Position numbers and translations under genes: made by a program. Of a stretch of DNA of 64,000 nt, positions 9,525 through 20,000 are shown piece after piece. Source of the stretch: an uncultured Planctomycetota bacterium (lineage in GTDB: Bacteria; Planctomycetota; DG-23; CAZBND01). The stretch is from contig CAZBND010000005.1 of the NCBI GenBank assembly GCA_964493415.1, positions 39,076 to 103,075 on the forward strand, in the 5' to 3' direction. Within the stretch, counting starts at the first letter, position 1. Every line of letters starts with the position of its first letter. Under the pieces are notes generated by a model. That model was not told the origin of the DNA, ran no database searches, and was given only the letters and a program-made list of their open reading frames with translations.

Positions 9525-11041
9525 GGACGGACGGCCTCCTCGTGGAAGGTCACTTCGAGCGCGACATAGCCATCTGCGCTTGCGTCCTTTCGCGCCAGCA
9601 CAAACCGCAAGGTATTAACGTTCATGGCAAACGCCTCAGTGCCCAACGGCCAACGGATATTTTCCCCCTCGCGTCGCCCAAGGTGATAAAGCTTACCTGG
9701 GTCATATCCCAGCGACCTGTCGACAGCGCTCAGGTACGCTTCTGCGGCCTCGAGGTCGGGCCCTAACAAGCTCAGCTCCTTCACGGCAACGGGAAGTTCA
9801 AAACTCACGAGAACGTGCTTCCTCCCCACGGGAAGGCTCGGGGTGTACGCAGGGTCCGTCGGACACGTAACCCGCCATCGTCCCTCACGCATGGGGACAA
9901 CTTGAATCGAAGAAGGCATCCAGTCATTTATCGCCGGCGACAGGGTCGGCGGCGGCGAAGAACGCTTCCCCAACACCGAAGGGTAGTAGCTTTCAAGAAC
10001 ATTCGCCGCCTTCTGCGCATAGAAATGGGTACAGATGGGTCCGGGGTGCCCATTTGCCGGGTTGATTCCCCATTTCAAAGGAGTGGCGGGACCGTAAGAG
10101 GTCGGGGAGTACTTGTCAATGAAGTCGCCAAGGATGTCGTGGAACGGGATCGCAGCCCTTTCGAAGAGCTGCCCCACTTTCTCGTAGCGTGAACTCAAAC
10201 CGGGATCCGGCGCATTCGGCAGAGTAATTGCGAACATCGGCACGCCGAGAGCTTCTTGCTCCTCTCCCAGCCGGCGGACGACCTCCTTGTAGGCGTCGAA
10301 GTTCTCCCCTTCGAGAAGCGCATGCTCCCAGATATCCATGGGGTTCTTTCCGGCAGTGTCTCCCGCGAAATGCGCGGCCATTCGCTTCGCGAAAAGCCGC
10401 TTTTCGACAAGATAGCTAATGTTTGGAAAGAGCCTCGATAGAGCTTTGTCGACAGGGCCGGGAGTGAATCGTTTGTAGTTGTGGGGGATTACGCCCATGT
10501 CTGGGTCGTTGCTCACATACCCGACGATTATTAGGTCCGGGTCGAGCCCTCTCAGGTTCTCATCGTTGCGCAACCACCACAACTGATCCTTGGTGCCGGC
10601 GCCGGACGCGCCCGCGGCCGCCACTTCGACATCCCAGTACCCTCGACGCTTGAGTTCCCTATCGAGTTGACGCCACCATATATCGTTTGCATTCGCGTAC
10701 CCGTCGCCCCAAACATAGGAATCCCCCAGGACGACAATCCTTCGGCGATGCCCCTTCCCTTCCGGGTAGGGCATCCCCGCTGACGTCCATACCGAGCCCT
10801 GCATTTTGACTTTCGCAAGATTGTTCCGTTCGATTATGGAGTTCTCCTGTTCCCAGGCCCTCGTGTCCAGCAGGCCCAGTCCCTGCGTTGCGCCGATGAC
10901 GACTTCCAAGCCCACCAAAATAACGACCAGCCCCGCGCACAGCAGTCCCAGGTAGCCCAGCGCCATAAGAGGCAGGACTGCATAGGATTTCCGCTTGATT
11001 GTAATAGAGAACGCAGCTTTGCAGTATGTGATGTCGTTCAC
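9521..11041 (-). CDS. Membrane-anchored SGNH/GDSL-family hydrolase (esterase/acyl-transfer)
   Basis: N-terminal TM helix followed by a GDS block (IVVLGDSYVWGDG). A later DPD.. block is typical of SGNH hydrolases. 4-nt overlap with the downstream carbamoyltransferase. Confidence 0.7.
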   Translation of the reverse strand: MNDITYCKAAFSITIKRKSYAVLPLMALGYLGLLCAGLVVILVGLEVVIGATQGLGLLDTRAWEQENSIIERNNLAKVKMQGSVWTSAGMPYPEGKGHRRRIVVLGDSYVWGDGYANANDIWWRQLDRELKRRGYWDVEVAAAGASGAGTKDQLWWLRNDENLRGLDPDLIIVGYVSNDPDMGVIPHNYKRFTPGPVDKALSRLFPNISYLVEKRLFAKRMAAHFAGDTAGKNPMDIWEHALLEGENFDAYKEVVRRLGEEQEALGVPMFAITLPNAPDPGLSSRYEKVGQLFERAAIPFHDILGDFIDKYSPTSYGPATPLKWGINPANGHPGPICTHFYAQKAANVLESYYPSVLGKRSSPPPTLSPAINDWMPSSIQVVPMREGRWRVTCPTDPAYTPSLPVGRKHVLVSFELPVAVKELSLLGPDLEAAEAYLSAVDRSLGYDPGKLYHLGRREGENIRWPLGTEAFAMNVNTLRFVLARKDASADGYVALEVTFHEEAVRP

Positions 11042-11212
11042 CAGCCCCTCTTCCTAATGTGGACAAGGCCCCTGGCAAACACGACTAAACTGACGGAATA
11101 AGGCGATTTTCGGTCGCAATTTGGCGGCGGTTCCAGGTTGGTGGGTTCTAGGAATTTTGGAAACCCACGAACGGCGTCTGCCCATAAACGATTGCGCCGT
11201 AAGGAGAAAGGT

Positions 11213-11301
11213 TGGTGCCGAAGGGGGGATTCGAACCCCCAAGGGCATGAATGCCCACTAGGTCCTGAACCTAGCGCGTCTGCCAGTTCCGCCACTTCGG
11301 C
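11213..11301 (-). tRNA. tRNA-Leu (anticodon CAG), class II with long variable arm
   Basis: Reverse complement is GCCGAAGTGGCGGAACTGGCAGACGCGCTAGGTTCAGGACCTAGTGGGCATTCATGCCCTTGGGGGTTCGAATCCCCCCTTCGGCACCA. A 7-bp acceptor stem pairs with CTTCGGC. Anticodon loop is TTCAGGA. T-loop is GGTTCGAATCC. CCA is encoded. Confidence 0.85.
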
Positions 11302-11445
11302 TGTTGAACAGATATTATAGTGCCCTTCCCCCGTTGGTCAAGTGCGTCGCCCACACCCGGTTTCTTCTCGTGCGTCGGGTGTTGCTTGACTTGGGTTCCC
11401 TCTCGACTAATATGTGAGTGTACGATGCTTTCAAGGAGGCTGACA

Positions 11446-12750
11446 ATGATTGCTGGTAAGACGCTGGTTCCGCTCGTATTGGCGTTCGCTGCCTTACAGC
11501 CCACGATCATCCTGCCCGCGGAGGATGTGACCATTCAGTTCTGGACGACCGAGGTGGAGCAGGATCGCATGGAAACCCAAAACGCCGTGGCGCGAGAGTT
11601 CGAGAAGTCGCACCCGGGAATCAGCGTCAAGGTCGTTCCGGTGACGGAGGACCGCCTCAACGAGAAGGTGGCCAGTGCGAAGGCAGCGGGACTGCTCCCG
11701 GACGTCATTCGGCTGGGTCTGGAGTACGTTCGAGGTTACATGGATGACGGCCTTCTCGACCCCGCGGCGGCGACAACCGTGATTGACGAACTCGGAGAGG
11801 AAACATTCTATCGTGGACCTCTGGAGTTGGTGAGTCTGCCATCGGGAGGATTTGCGGCCGTGCCCATAGACGGCTGGGCCCAGGGAATCTGGTACAGAAA
11901 GGACTGGTTCGCCCGAAGGGGACTGCTCGAACCCAACACGTGGGACGATATCCTAAAAGGTGCGGCCGCTTTCTATTCCCCAAAGGAGCTCCAATACGGC
12001 ATCGTTGTGGGAACTGATCCCGGACAGCCGTACACGCAGCAGACTTTCGAGCACGTCGCCCTGAGCAACGGCGCAAGATTGTTCGATTCCGAGGGCGGTC
12101 TGAACATAGATGATGCGAGGATGAAGGAGGCGTTCGCGTTCTACAAGAAGCTCGCTGACCTGGGACCCCCCGGCCACAACTTCTGGCAGCAGGCCAGGCA
12201 GAACTACCTGACCGGCCGCGTTGCCATGATCTTCTATTCGCCGTACATAATCGACGACATAGCGGGACTCGTTGAAGACCAGGACGTCGCCGTAGAGGAG
12301 CTGCCCCAGAAGACGGGGTTCGTCTCTACCATAACAGGGCCGCACGGGGACAAGGCGAGCTACGGCCAAGTGGTCAGCTTGGGAATACTCAAGGGCGCAC
12401 ACACGAAGGCCTCGCAGGAATGGGTCAAGTTCCTTCTCACCGATGCCTACGCCCGGTGGTGCTTCATGACCCCTGGGGGTAAAACCCCCGTCCGGAACAC
12501 GATCTCCGAAGACTGGCGGAAACACGAAATCTTTTCGTATTACGCCCCGGGCATGGCGGAAAGGCTCAGCGCCGGGATGGACGAGATGAAAAGATGGGGA
12601 TACGTCGGCTCCAATTGGTTTCCCCTCATGAAAGACATTTACGGGATGAAGGTGGTGCCGGAGCTTGTGGGGTCTTTGGCGCGGGGCAAGGTGACTCCAA
12701 TGGAAGCGGTGGAGCTGCTGCGAATCCGCATCGACGAACTCCGGGACTAG
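11446..12750 (+). CDS. Sugar ABC transporter substrate-binding protein (family 1 extracellular solute-binding protein)
   Basis: ATG at 11446 preceded by AAGGAGG, with a signal peptide (MIAGKTLVPLVLAFAALQ). Overall SBP_bac_1-like composition. The upstream in-frame extension from 11320 is rejected because it lacks an RBS and is Cys-rich. Confidence 0.85.
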   Translation: MIAGKTLVPLVLAFAALQPTIILPAEDVTIQFWTTEVEQDRMETQNAVAREFEKSHPGISVKVVPVTEDRLNEKVASAKAAGLLPDVIRLGLEYVRGYMDDGLLDPAAATTVIDELGEETFYRGPLELVSLPSGGFAAVPIDGWAQGIWYRKDWFARRGLLEPNTWDDILKGAAAFYSPKELQYGIVVGTDPGQPYTQQTFEHVALSNGARLFDSEGGLNIDDARMKEAFAFYKKLADLGPPGHNFWQQARQNYLTGRVAMIFYSPYIIDDIAGLVEDQDVAVEELPQKTGFVSTITGPHGDKASYGQVVSLGILKGAHTKASQEWVKFLLTDAYARWCFMTPGGKTPVRNTISEDWRKHEIFSYYAPGMAERLSAGMDEMKRWGYVGSNWFPLMKDIYGMKVVPELVGSLARGKVTPMEAVELLRIRIDELRD

Positions 12751-12754
12751 GGAT

Positions 12755-13648
12755 ATGGGTGTCCGCCTGGGAACGCTTAGACAACGCGAGGAGGCGTTGG
12801 CTTACCTTCTGGTGTTTCCCGGCCTCCTCGTAGTCCTCGGGGTGGTTCTATTCCCTGTCATCTACAATATCTGGATGAGCTTCCATGACCTTACGCTGGC
12901 CAATTTGGGCGAGCGCGCTCCTTTTGCCGGACTGGACAACTATCTCAAGGTCATACGCGACCCGGACTTCCTCTCGTCGCTCCTCATAACGGGAGGATAT
13001 GCCGTCGCTGCGGGCCTGATGTCCATCTTGGTCGGGCTGGCGGCGGCTTTGCTGCTGAATGTTCGAATGCCGATGCGTAATGTGTTCCGGGCCAGCTTCC
13101 TTTTCCCCTACGTGGCGCCGTTGATCTCGGTCGTCTACATCTGGAAATGGATTCTCGACCCCCAGGCAGGCGTGGCCAACTGGCTGCTTATGAAGGGCGG
13201 GATAATCTCCGCGCCGATGGACTGGCTGACCAATAGCAGCACCGCCCTTCTCTCGGTCATCCTGTTTCAAGGGTGGCGCTACTTCCCCTTTGCCATGCTC
13301 CTGATCCTCGCCAGGCTCCAGGCTATACCGACGGACTTGCACGAGGCCGCAGCCGTCGACGGCGCAAATAGATTCCAGCAGTTTATTAACATCACCCTGC
13401 CCGAATTGCGATACGTCCTGGGGATTGTGTTCCTCTTGAGGTTCGTGTGGACCTTCAACAAATTCGACGATGTCTTCCTTCTCACCAGCGGAGCCGCCAA
13501 CACCAAAGTGCTCCCCATATTAACGTACCGCTATGCAATCGGGACCGGACAGCTCGGCGTAGGCGCCGCCTGCTCCATGTTCTTGTTCATCGTCCTCGTC
13601 GCATTCATCCTCGTATATCATCTGAAGGTTTTCCAATGGGGAAAGTAG
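12755..13648 (+). CDS. Sugar ABC transporter permease (MalF/UgpA-type)
   Basis: Six TM helices. The EAA-like loop is AAAVDGANRFQQFINITLPELR. Confidence 0.85.
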   Translation: MGVRLGTLRQREEALAYLLVFPGLLVVLGVVLFPVIYNIWMSFHDLTLANLGERAPFAGLDNYLKVIRDPDFLSSLLITGGYAVAAGLMSILVGLAAALLLNVRMPMRNVFRASFLFPYVAPLISVVYIWKWILDPQAGVANWLLMKGGIISAPMDWLTNSSTALLSVILFQGWRYFPFAMLLILARLQAIPTDLHEAAAVDGANRFQQFINITLPELRYVLGIVFLLRFVWTFNKFDDVFLLTSGAANTKVLPILTYRYAIGTGQLGVGAACSMFLFIVLVAFILVYHLKVFQWGK

Positions 13649-14478
13649 CCCGAAGAGTCCTAGTCCTGGTGGCGCTGCTCGCTTTTCTCTTTGTGGTCCT
13701 CTTCCCGCTCTATTGGATGGTCATCTCATCAACGAAGAGCTTCAGAGAGCTCTTCAGCACAACCCCTGTGTTCTGGCCCAGCACTTTCACGGCAAAGGCG
13801 TACAAGGCGGTGCTGACCAGCCCCGGCGAGGACATCCCCGACCTCCTGGACGCGCTGCGAAACAGTCTGATGGTCGCGGGCGGCACGGTCTTCTGCTCTC
13901 TACTCCTCGGAACTCTGGCCGCGTACGCCATAGCGAGGCTCAGATTTCGGGGAAAGGCCCTGATAACAGGCCTGGTGCTCGTGGTCTATCTCTTTCCGGC
14001 CATTTTGCTGATGGTTCCGCTTTTCGCGATGTTCGCGAAGGCGGGATTGCACAACAAGCTGAGCGGCCTGATCGTGGCCTATGTGGCGCAGACGTTGCCG
14101 GTCAGTTTGCTGATGCTCGGAAATTACTTCAGAAGCATCCCGGCGGAGATAGAGGACGCCGCGCTGGTCGACGGGTGCAGCAGGCTGGGGGTGATCTGGA
14201 GGGTCACCATTCCTCTTTCCGTCCCCGCCATCGCATCGGTTGCACTCTATGTGTTTGTGATCGCGTGGAACGAATTCCTCTTTGCGTACATTCTGCTGAC
14301 CGACACGAAGAAGTTCACTGCCCCCGTCTGGATTTCTTATCTCTACTCCCAGCTTCATACCCCCTGGAATCAGGTCATGGCCGCCAGCGTCCTGGTCACG
14401 GTCCCCGTGATCGTACTCTTCGTCTGGTTCGAGAAGTACATGGAACAGGGACTTACGGCGGGTGGTGTCAAGGGGTGA
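13636..14478 (+). CDS. Sugar ABC transporter permease (MalG/UgpE-type)
   Basis: Starts at the internal ATG 13636 (MGKVARRVLVLVALLAF), overlapping the upstream stop codon. The EAA loop is DAALVDGCSRLGVIWRVTIP. No ATPase gene is present locally. Confidence 0.85.
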   Translation: MGKVARRVLVLVALLAFLFVVLFPLYWMVISSTKSFRELFSTTPVFWPSTFTAKAYKAVLTSPGEDIPDLLDALRNSLMVAGGTVFCSLLLGTLAAYAIARLRFRGKALITGLVLVVYLFPAILLMVPLFAMFAKAGLHNKLSGLIVAYVAQTLPVSLLMLGNYFRSIPAEIEDAALVDGCSRLGVIWRVTIPLSVPAIASVALYVFVIAWNEFLFAYILLTDTKKFTAPVWISYLYSQLHTPWNQVMAASVLVTVPVIVLFVWFEKYMEQGLTAGGVKG

Positions 14479-14513
14479 CTACTGGGCGCATGTGGTAAGC
14501 AAGAGTCCGCAGT

Positions 14514-16952
14514 TCAGATGTATCCCATCGCTCTAAACTGCTGCATCTTTCTTTCGACCTCTTCCCTCGGCACGATGTCGCGCGCGCCACTTTCGTAACC
14601 CTCCCGACGCGGAGGCTCTGTCTCGCCGCCGAGGCGATAAAGATACAGCTCGGGCTCAAGCGCATACAGCAGAGAAGGAATCCTTACGTTGAATCCGGTG
14701 AACTCGCGGGCGTTCGCAGGAAGACCAAAGAGAAGCGAACCCGCTTTCAGCTCCCACGAGCCGAGCCGCAGCCGCTTCGGCCCCCTGACGCCGGTCACGG
14801 TTGAATCCAAAAAGAGCCTTGCGTCATCAGGTTCCACGCGGAAGAAAACCGTGTCCTCCCAATACTCCTCGGCCAGGGCGAATTTGATACGCTGCCGATT
14901 GGCGCTGACCGTCACGGCATCCTCATGCTCAAGCGTCATCGGCATGACATCACGAAACTCGCCGTCCGTTGTAATCATCCCCCGCACAGACAGCCTTTGG
15001 TGGGTGGGGGAAACAAACCGCAAGTAGAATCCTCTTCGCAAGTACCGGTCTTCGATTTCGGTCCTGAATCTGGCAGCGAGCCAGGGATTCTCCTCAGCGA
15101 GATTCACCTCTTCTCTTGGGTCGCTCCCCAGGTCGAAGAGCATCTGCTCGACCCGGGGCGAGACCCGCAGTATGTACTTGTATCCTCCATCCCTCACCGC
15201 GTAAATCCTGTGGAGAAAGCCTGCCTTGTCTGTTGAGACGTAGTTTTCGAGATGGTGGAAAAGCTTCGTGCCGCTCTCGTCATTTTCAAGATCGGCAAAA
15301 GCCGTTCCGGGTAAATCGCCCGGCGCGGTCAAGCCCAGCGCGTCAGCAATCGAGGGAAACAGATCGATCTGGCTCACGGGTGACGCGATGCGCGTCCCCG
15401 CAAATCGTCCGTCCGGGTATTTGACGATCAGGGGGATACGAAGAACCTCATCGTAGAGCGTCTTGCCGTGGTCCCACCCTAGCGCTATATCGGCATCCCC
15501 GGGATGGTCCCACATGGCCTCACCGTGGTCAGCAAGGAATACCACCATCGTGTTATCGTACAGCCCCAACTCCTCGAGCTTCGTCAGCACTTTGCCGAAC
15601 TCGGTGTCGGTAAACCGAATCAGCCCGTCGTAGAGGGACTTCACGTGCTCGATGTCCCTATCCGGCAGATTGCTCCATCCGTCTCCGAAATACGGGATGT
15701 CACCTGTTATTGGTCCACTGTAGTCCGGGTCAAACATCGTTGCATATTCTCCCGGAGGCTTGTATGGCGAATGGACGTCGTTGGTGTGAACGTAGAGGAA
15801 GAAAGGCTCAGTCTTGTGCGCCTCTATCCAGGGGAAGATGCTTTCGTTGAGATCGGCGGCAGTAGCCACGGCAGCCGGCCTCCCCCAGTCCAGATACGCG
15901 CCGCCGTCAAAGCCCTGCGTCAGGTTCGATTCGGGCATAAATGCAAAAGGATGCGCCACTATCTGCCATGTCGTCCAGCCGTTCTCTTGAAGCAACTCGG
16001 CCAACGTCGTGAACTTGTCCTCGAGCATGGACGAGAAATGTATCACCTGGTGAACATCCGGCTCGAGTCCGGTAAAGATCGAGCTCAGGGCAGGCAGTGT
16101 CCAACTCGAAGTCGAGTACGCTTTCTCGAACACAACCGCCTCTTGGGAGAACGCATCTATCATGGGACTCGTGGCCCGACCATAGCCGTAGCAACCCAAG
16201 TGGTCCGCCCGAAGGGCATCGACAAGGTAAACGATCACGTTGGGCTTGCCCGCGCGACGCTCCCTGGGCGCGATGGCGGGGACAGAAACCAAGCAGCTCC
16301 CGGTTGCGCCGGGACCGTCGTCAGGCTTAAAGCGAAACGATATTTCAACCTGGTCGCCGCCCGTGGCTTCCACCGGCATTCTGACGGGCAGCCAGCCTGC
16401 CGCGTGATGCTCGGCGGTAAGCACTTTGGCGAGAGAGGCTTTCTCAACGCCGCCGGGCGAGCTGATCGTCGCTGTGAACAGAACCGTCTCCCCGAAGTCC
16501 CACGGTTCGGGGTCGTCCCCCAGCGACAAAGAGAACAAGATGTCGTGACCGTCCGGGACCCGCCCAGTCAGGACCAGTTCCCCGGGATTCGGCACCTCGA
16601 AGGCGTTCCTCATCGCCCCTCCAAGGTAAACCCTGCGGTAGTCGGTTCCCGACGATTGCCGGAGAATCGCCCACCCTCGCGACCGGATGTCGTCCGCGGT
16701 GGGAGGTCGAGCGTGACCCCACCGATTCATCCACGCCGCATTCTTCCGCACGCGGTCGCTGTCATCACTCGGAAGGCTCAACGGCTTCCTATGCGCATTT
16801 CCCTCAGGTCGGACTCGACTTATCGACTGAATCAGGATGACAGCCAATAGAAGTGCCGCAAGCACACAAGCCCCGATGGCAACGACAACAATCTTCGTCC
16901 GACCGAAAGCACTACTTTGGCTATGCTTGATTGGCAGACTCTCCTCGATCAT
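14514..16952 (-). CDS. Membrane-anchored alkaline-phosphatase-superfamily enzyme, type I phosphodiesterase/nucleotide pyrophosphatase (NPP)-like, with long N- and C-terminal extensions
   Basis: N-terminal TM helix. VIVYLVDALRADHLGCYG matches the NPP D-x-x-R-x-D block. SSWTLPALSSIFTGLEPDVH parallels the NPP Thr-nucleophile block T-F-P-N-H-Y-S-I-V-T-G-L-Y-P-E-S-H. FLADHGE is present. 812 aa. Confidence 0.7.
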   Translation of the reverse strand: MIEESLPIKHSQSSAFGRTKIVVVAIGACVLAALLLAVILIQSISRVRPEGNAHRKPLSLPSDDSDRVRKNAAWMNRWGHARPPTADDIRSRGWAILRQSSGTDYRRVYLGGAMRNAFEVPNPGELVLTGRVPDGHDILFSLSLGDDPEPWDFGETVLFTATISSPGGVEKASLAKVLTAEHHAAGWLPVRMPVEATGGDQVEISFRFKPDDGPGATGSCLVSVPAIAPRERRAGKPNVIVYLVDALRADHLGCYGYGRATSPMIDAFSQEAVVFEKAYSTSSWTLPALSSIFTGLEPDVHQVIHFSSMLEDKFTTLAELLQENGWTTWQIVAHPFAFMPESNLTQGFDGGAYLDWGRPAAVATAADLNESIFPWIEAHKTEPFFLYVHTNDVHSPYKPPGEYATMFDPDYSGPITGDIPYFGDGWSNLPDRDIEHVKSLYDGLIRFTDTEFGKVLTKLEELGLYDNTMVVFLADHGEAMWDHPGDADIALGWDHGKTLYDEVLRIPLIVKYPDGRFAGTRIASPVSQIDLFPSIADALGLTAPGDLPGTAFADLENDESGTKLFHHLENYVSTDKAGFLHRIYAVRDGGYKYILRVSPRVEQMLFDLGSDPREEVNLAEENPWLAARFRTEIEDRYLRRGFYLRFVSPTHQRLSVRGMITTDGEFRDVMPMTLEHEDAVTVSANRQRIKFALAEEYWEDTVFFRVEPDDARLFLDSTVTGVRGPKRLRLGSWELKAGSLLFGLPANAREFTGFNVRIPSLLYALEPELYLYRLGGETEPPRREGYESGARDIVPREEVERKMQQFRAMGYI

Positions 16953-17089
16953 ACGGCATTCCGCCCGCCGGTACGTAGCTCAGAGCACCGCAGCTCCGTG
17001 GTGATCGCCCTCGGTTCGACTCGGCAGCAAGTTCAACGCGCATCCGGCCACCGGGCTCCTGCACACAGCCGTCTCTGCCGGCTCCGCCG

Positions 17090-20000
17090 CTACATCCCGA
17101 CCGCCAGTGCGGACTTGTTGTTCGATTCTGTTATCTCGTCTATCTCCCCGTCCGGGTCGACGACAACTAGGATATCACGGGGAGGCGATTCCAGAGTCCA
17201 CGGAATGCCGACGCGCAGAGTTTGTGGCAAAAGGTCCAGCGGAGCAGGCAGCTTGATCCCCACACCCCTGCCCACTTCGGTCATGCCGCTCTCGCCCACA
17301 TCGTACACAGCTACCGAGAATCGTGTCGCCTCCGCCGAACCGATGTTGTGGACTCTCACCTTCACGAGTCTGCTGAGTTGCTCGTACTCGACGTCCTCAG
17401 GACTGATGGCGAGGTCCGGCAGCAGCGAGGGCGCATCGCCCGAAGCTATCTGCTTAAGCTCAACGATGTAGGGCGTTCGCGGAGGCAGCGTCACGGGAAC
17501 GGGCTGGCCGCGGAACCTTATGCGCTGCTGCCCCGTCCCTGCGATCTCGTCGGGCTCGCCGTTCTCGTCCAAGTCGGGCCCGTACATCAGCTCATACGAA
17601 GCCCCCGGCTCCAGCAGCCACGGCCGAATGCCGCACTCCCGTTCCTTCGCCCGGAAATTGTACAGTGCAACCTTGAGCTGCTTTGTCCCGGATGTCAGCA
17701 CGACAGCAGCGAACTGGCGTCCTGGACCCACGTAGGTCACTTGAGGGTCCAGCCCGCCGGACGCACCCGCCGCGGTCATTGCCGTGTACGCCGCGTGAAG
17801 CCCCGGCCAGCCTATGCGGTCGGTGGCCAACGCGTCCGTGGTGGAAATCGGCCAGCGCTCCCGCGCACCTCTGATGCAGGTCTCGTTACGGCGACGCGCA
17901 TCGGGCAAGGACGTCACGCTCGGCTCGCCCCCCTCCCCCAATCCGAGGGTCCGCTGCAAACGCGCCCACAACTGCACGGCTCCCCCAAGTTGCCTCCCCG
18001 CCCATTCGGGGGACCCCGCTTCCGCCTCACCTTCCGACTGCCGTGCCCGCGCGGCCAGTTCCGCTTCGAGCCTCAGCGGCTCGAGGAACGCCCTGTCCCC
18101 GCTGCGCTCGTAAGCGCCCACCAAGAGGTCCGTAATGTAGTCGTGATATCGGCTGTCCCAATCATAGTTGACGGTTCCTCCGGCATGGTTCGCGATGAAC
18201 CACGAGGGTGACTCGGTGCCGCCGATCTCACCGGTTTCGAATCCGATTTCGGAGGGGATTACGCCGCTGGGTTTCCCCTTCTCAGCGGACATTGACGCTT
18301 CCAGCCAAGCTTTCGCCCACCCGTCGAACAGCGCCGCGACCGAGGGATTGCCGCTGTACCACAGGACCGACCGAGCCGGAAGGGCGCATCGGTAGTTTAT
18401 CCGCGAGTCATTCGCCTGGAGCCCCGTGCCCACCCGGGTTGCCCCGACCATGTTGGAGCGGAATAGATATTGACCGCGGTCGTTATGGTCCATCCAGAGA
18501 TCGCGCATGAGCTTCGCCACCTTGAGGCCAAGCTCCGTCCACGTCGGGTTGCCGTAGTCCAGGATCACCATGGTGGGAATAGTGTCGCCCGTCCATTCGC
18601 CCGTGTGCTCGGCGTCGCCCATCCCGCCGAAGAACCCCGCCTCGGGATCCATGTTGGGGGACGCGAGAGCCCCGTTGACTATCCCAGCGCAGAGCTCGAC
18701 CATCTTCTCCGAGGCGTCCGGGCAGATGGAGCCGTATGTGCCGAACAGCCGGAGGATCTCCACGTCGTCTCCCCACCCGCCGCCCACCGATCCATCCGGG
18801 AATTGCTTGTTCTCGTACCACCATTCGCCCAGGTCGAGGCAGCGATTGTACGCCTCGTACACGGCTGCGGCCCACTCGGGCGCCCCCTCCGTGGCCGGAG
18901 AATAGTCGGGATAGTTGGGCCACTCGGGGCCGGGCGACCAGTCATCGTACAGGTACAGCCGGACGAAGCGGTTGTTCGGGAACTTGGTTTCGACCTCTCT
19001 AAGCAGATCGGCGGCCTTGCCGGATGCCATGACCCACCGGTGCGGGTCGAACATGTATAGCCCGCGGGCCTCATGAATCTTGGCCTTGAGGTAAACGGGC
19101 TCTCCGCGATGAATGAGGTCCAACTTCCCTATGCCCCTGAAAACCCGCCAGTAACCGTTCTCCCACGACGTATCCGCATGCCGCAAATCCGGGGGCAGGG
19201 CCATCTGATCCGAGAATGAGACCGCTCTATGCAGTATCGAATCTATGCCCTGATTGAAATTGACAAGAACCTCCAACAGATGCTCCGCCCGTTCATCTCC
19301 CGGATTCGCCTTGTTGTAGGCCTCAACCGCGGCGATCGCCTTCGGCGCAAGTTCCAGCTCCCGCTCGTAGTCGGGATTGCCTGCCAGGAACGCGTAGGCC
19401 CTGGCTTTCGCATATCCAAGCAGCGCGTCGCTTATGCCGTCCAGCTTCCGCTCCGCCTCAACGAATCGCTGGACGTTATACGCCTGCAGTGCTTGCTCAA
19501 TCGTGCCAACCTGCGGAACGCTGGCAGAGGCGGGAATCGCAGTGCGATCCAGCACCAGCGCGCCGTCAGCTTCAACTATCGGCTCGGGCGCGTAACGATA
19601 GACCTCTACTCCGAGAACGCTGTTTGTCGTAAACGGCAGGCCGATATCCCTGTAGGGCGCATGGGGCTTCAGCCGTCTTCCCTGTCTGACGAGCCAGGAT
19701 TCGGGCGAGGGCTTCTGCTCCTCCTCCGCCAACCACTTGTCATAGTCTGATTGGTCCCCCGCGAAGTTCAGCGCAAGCCCCTCGTTCCCCACGCTCACCG
19801 GGAAACGCACGCGCTGGTAGTAGCCGTACCAGTCCCCTTGGGCCGAGCCGCCCCGCGAAGCCCAGTGCTTGGCGTTGACGTTCTTCACCATCAACTCGCC
19901 GTTGGCGTAAACCGACATGGAGCCCAGGCCCCGCGTCAAATCCCCCAGCGTAACAACCACCACGTAGTCACCCTCACGGAGATCTACCTTGAAGGTCATG

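Noticed and set aside
11038-11320. Short ORFs overlapping the tRNA-Leu locus
   Set aside because: They overlap a well-formed tRNA and are most likely non-coding.
11320-11445. SBP start at 11320 (ORF-track start)
   Set aside because: No RBS, and a Cys-rich non-signal-peptide N-terminus. ATG 11446 has AAGGAGG and a clean signal peptide.
15504-16850. 448-aa + strand ORF inside the NPP-like gene
   Set aside because: Same reasoning. It is an antisense artefact of high GC.
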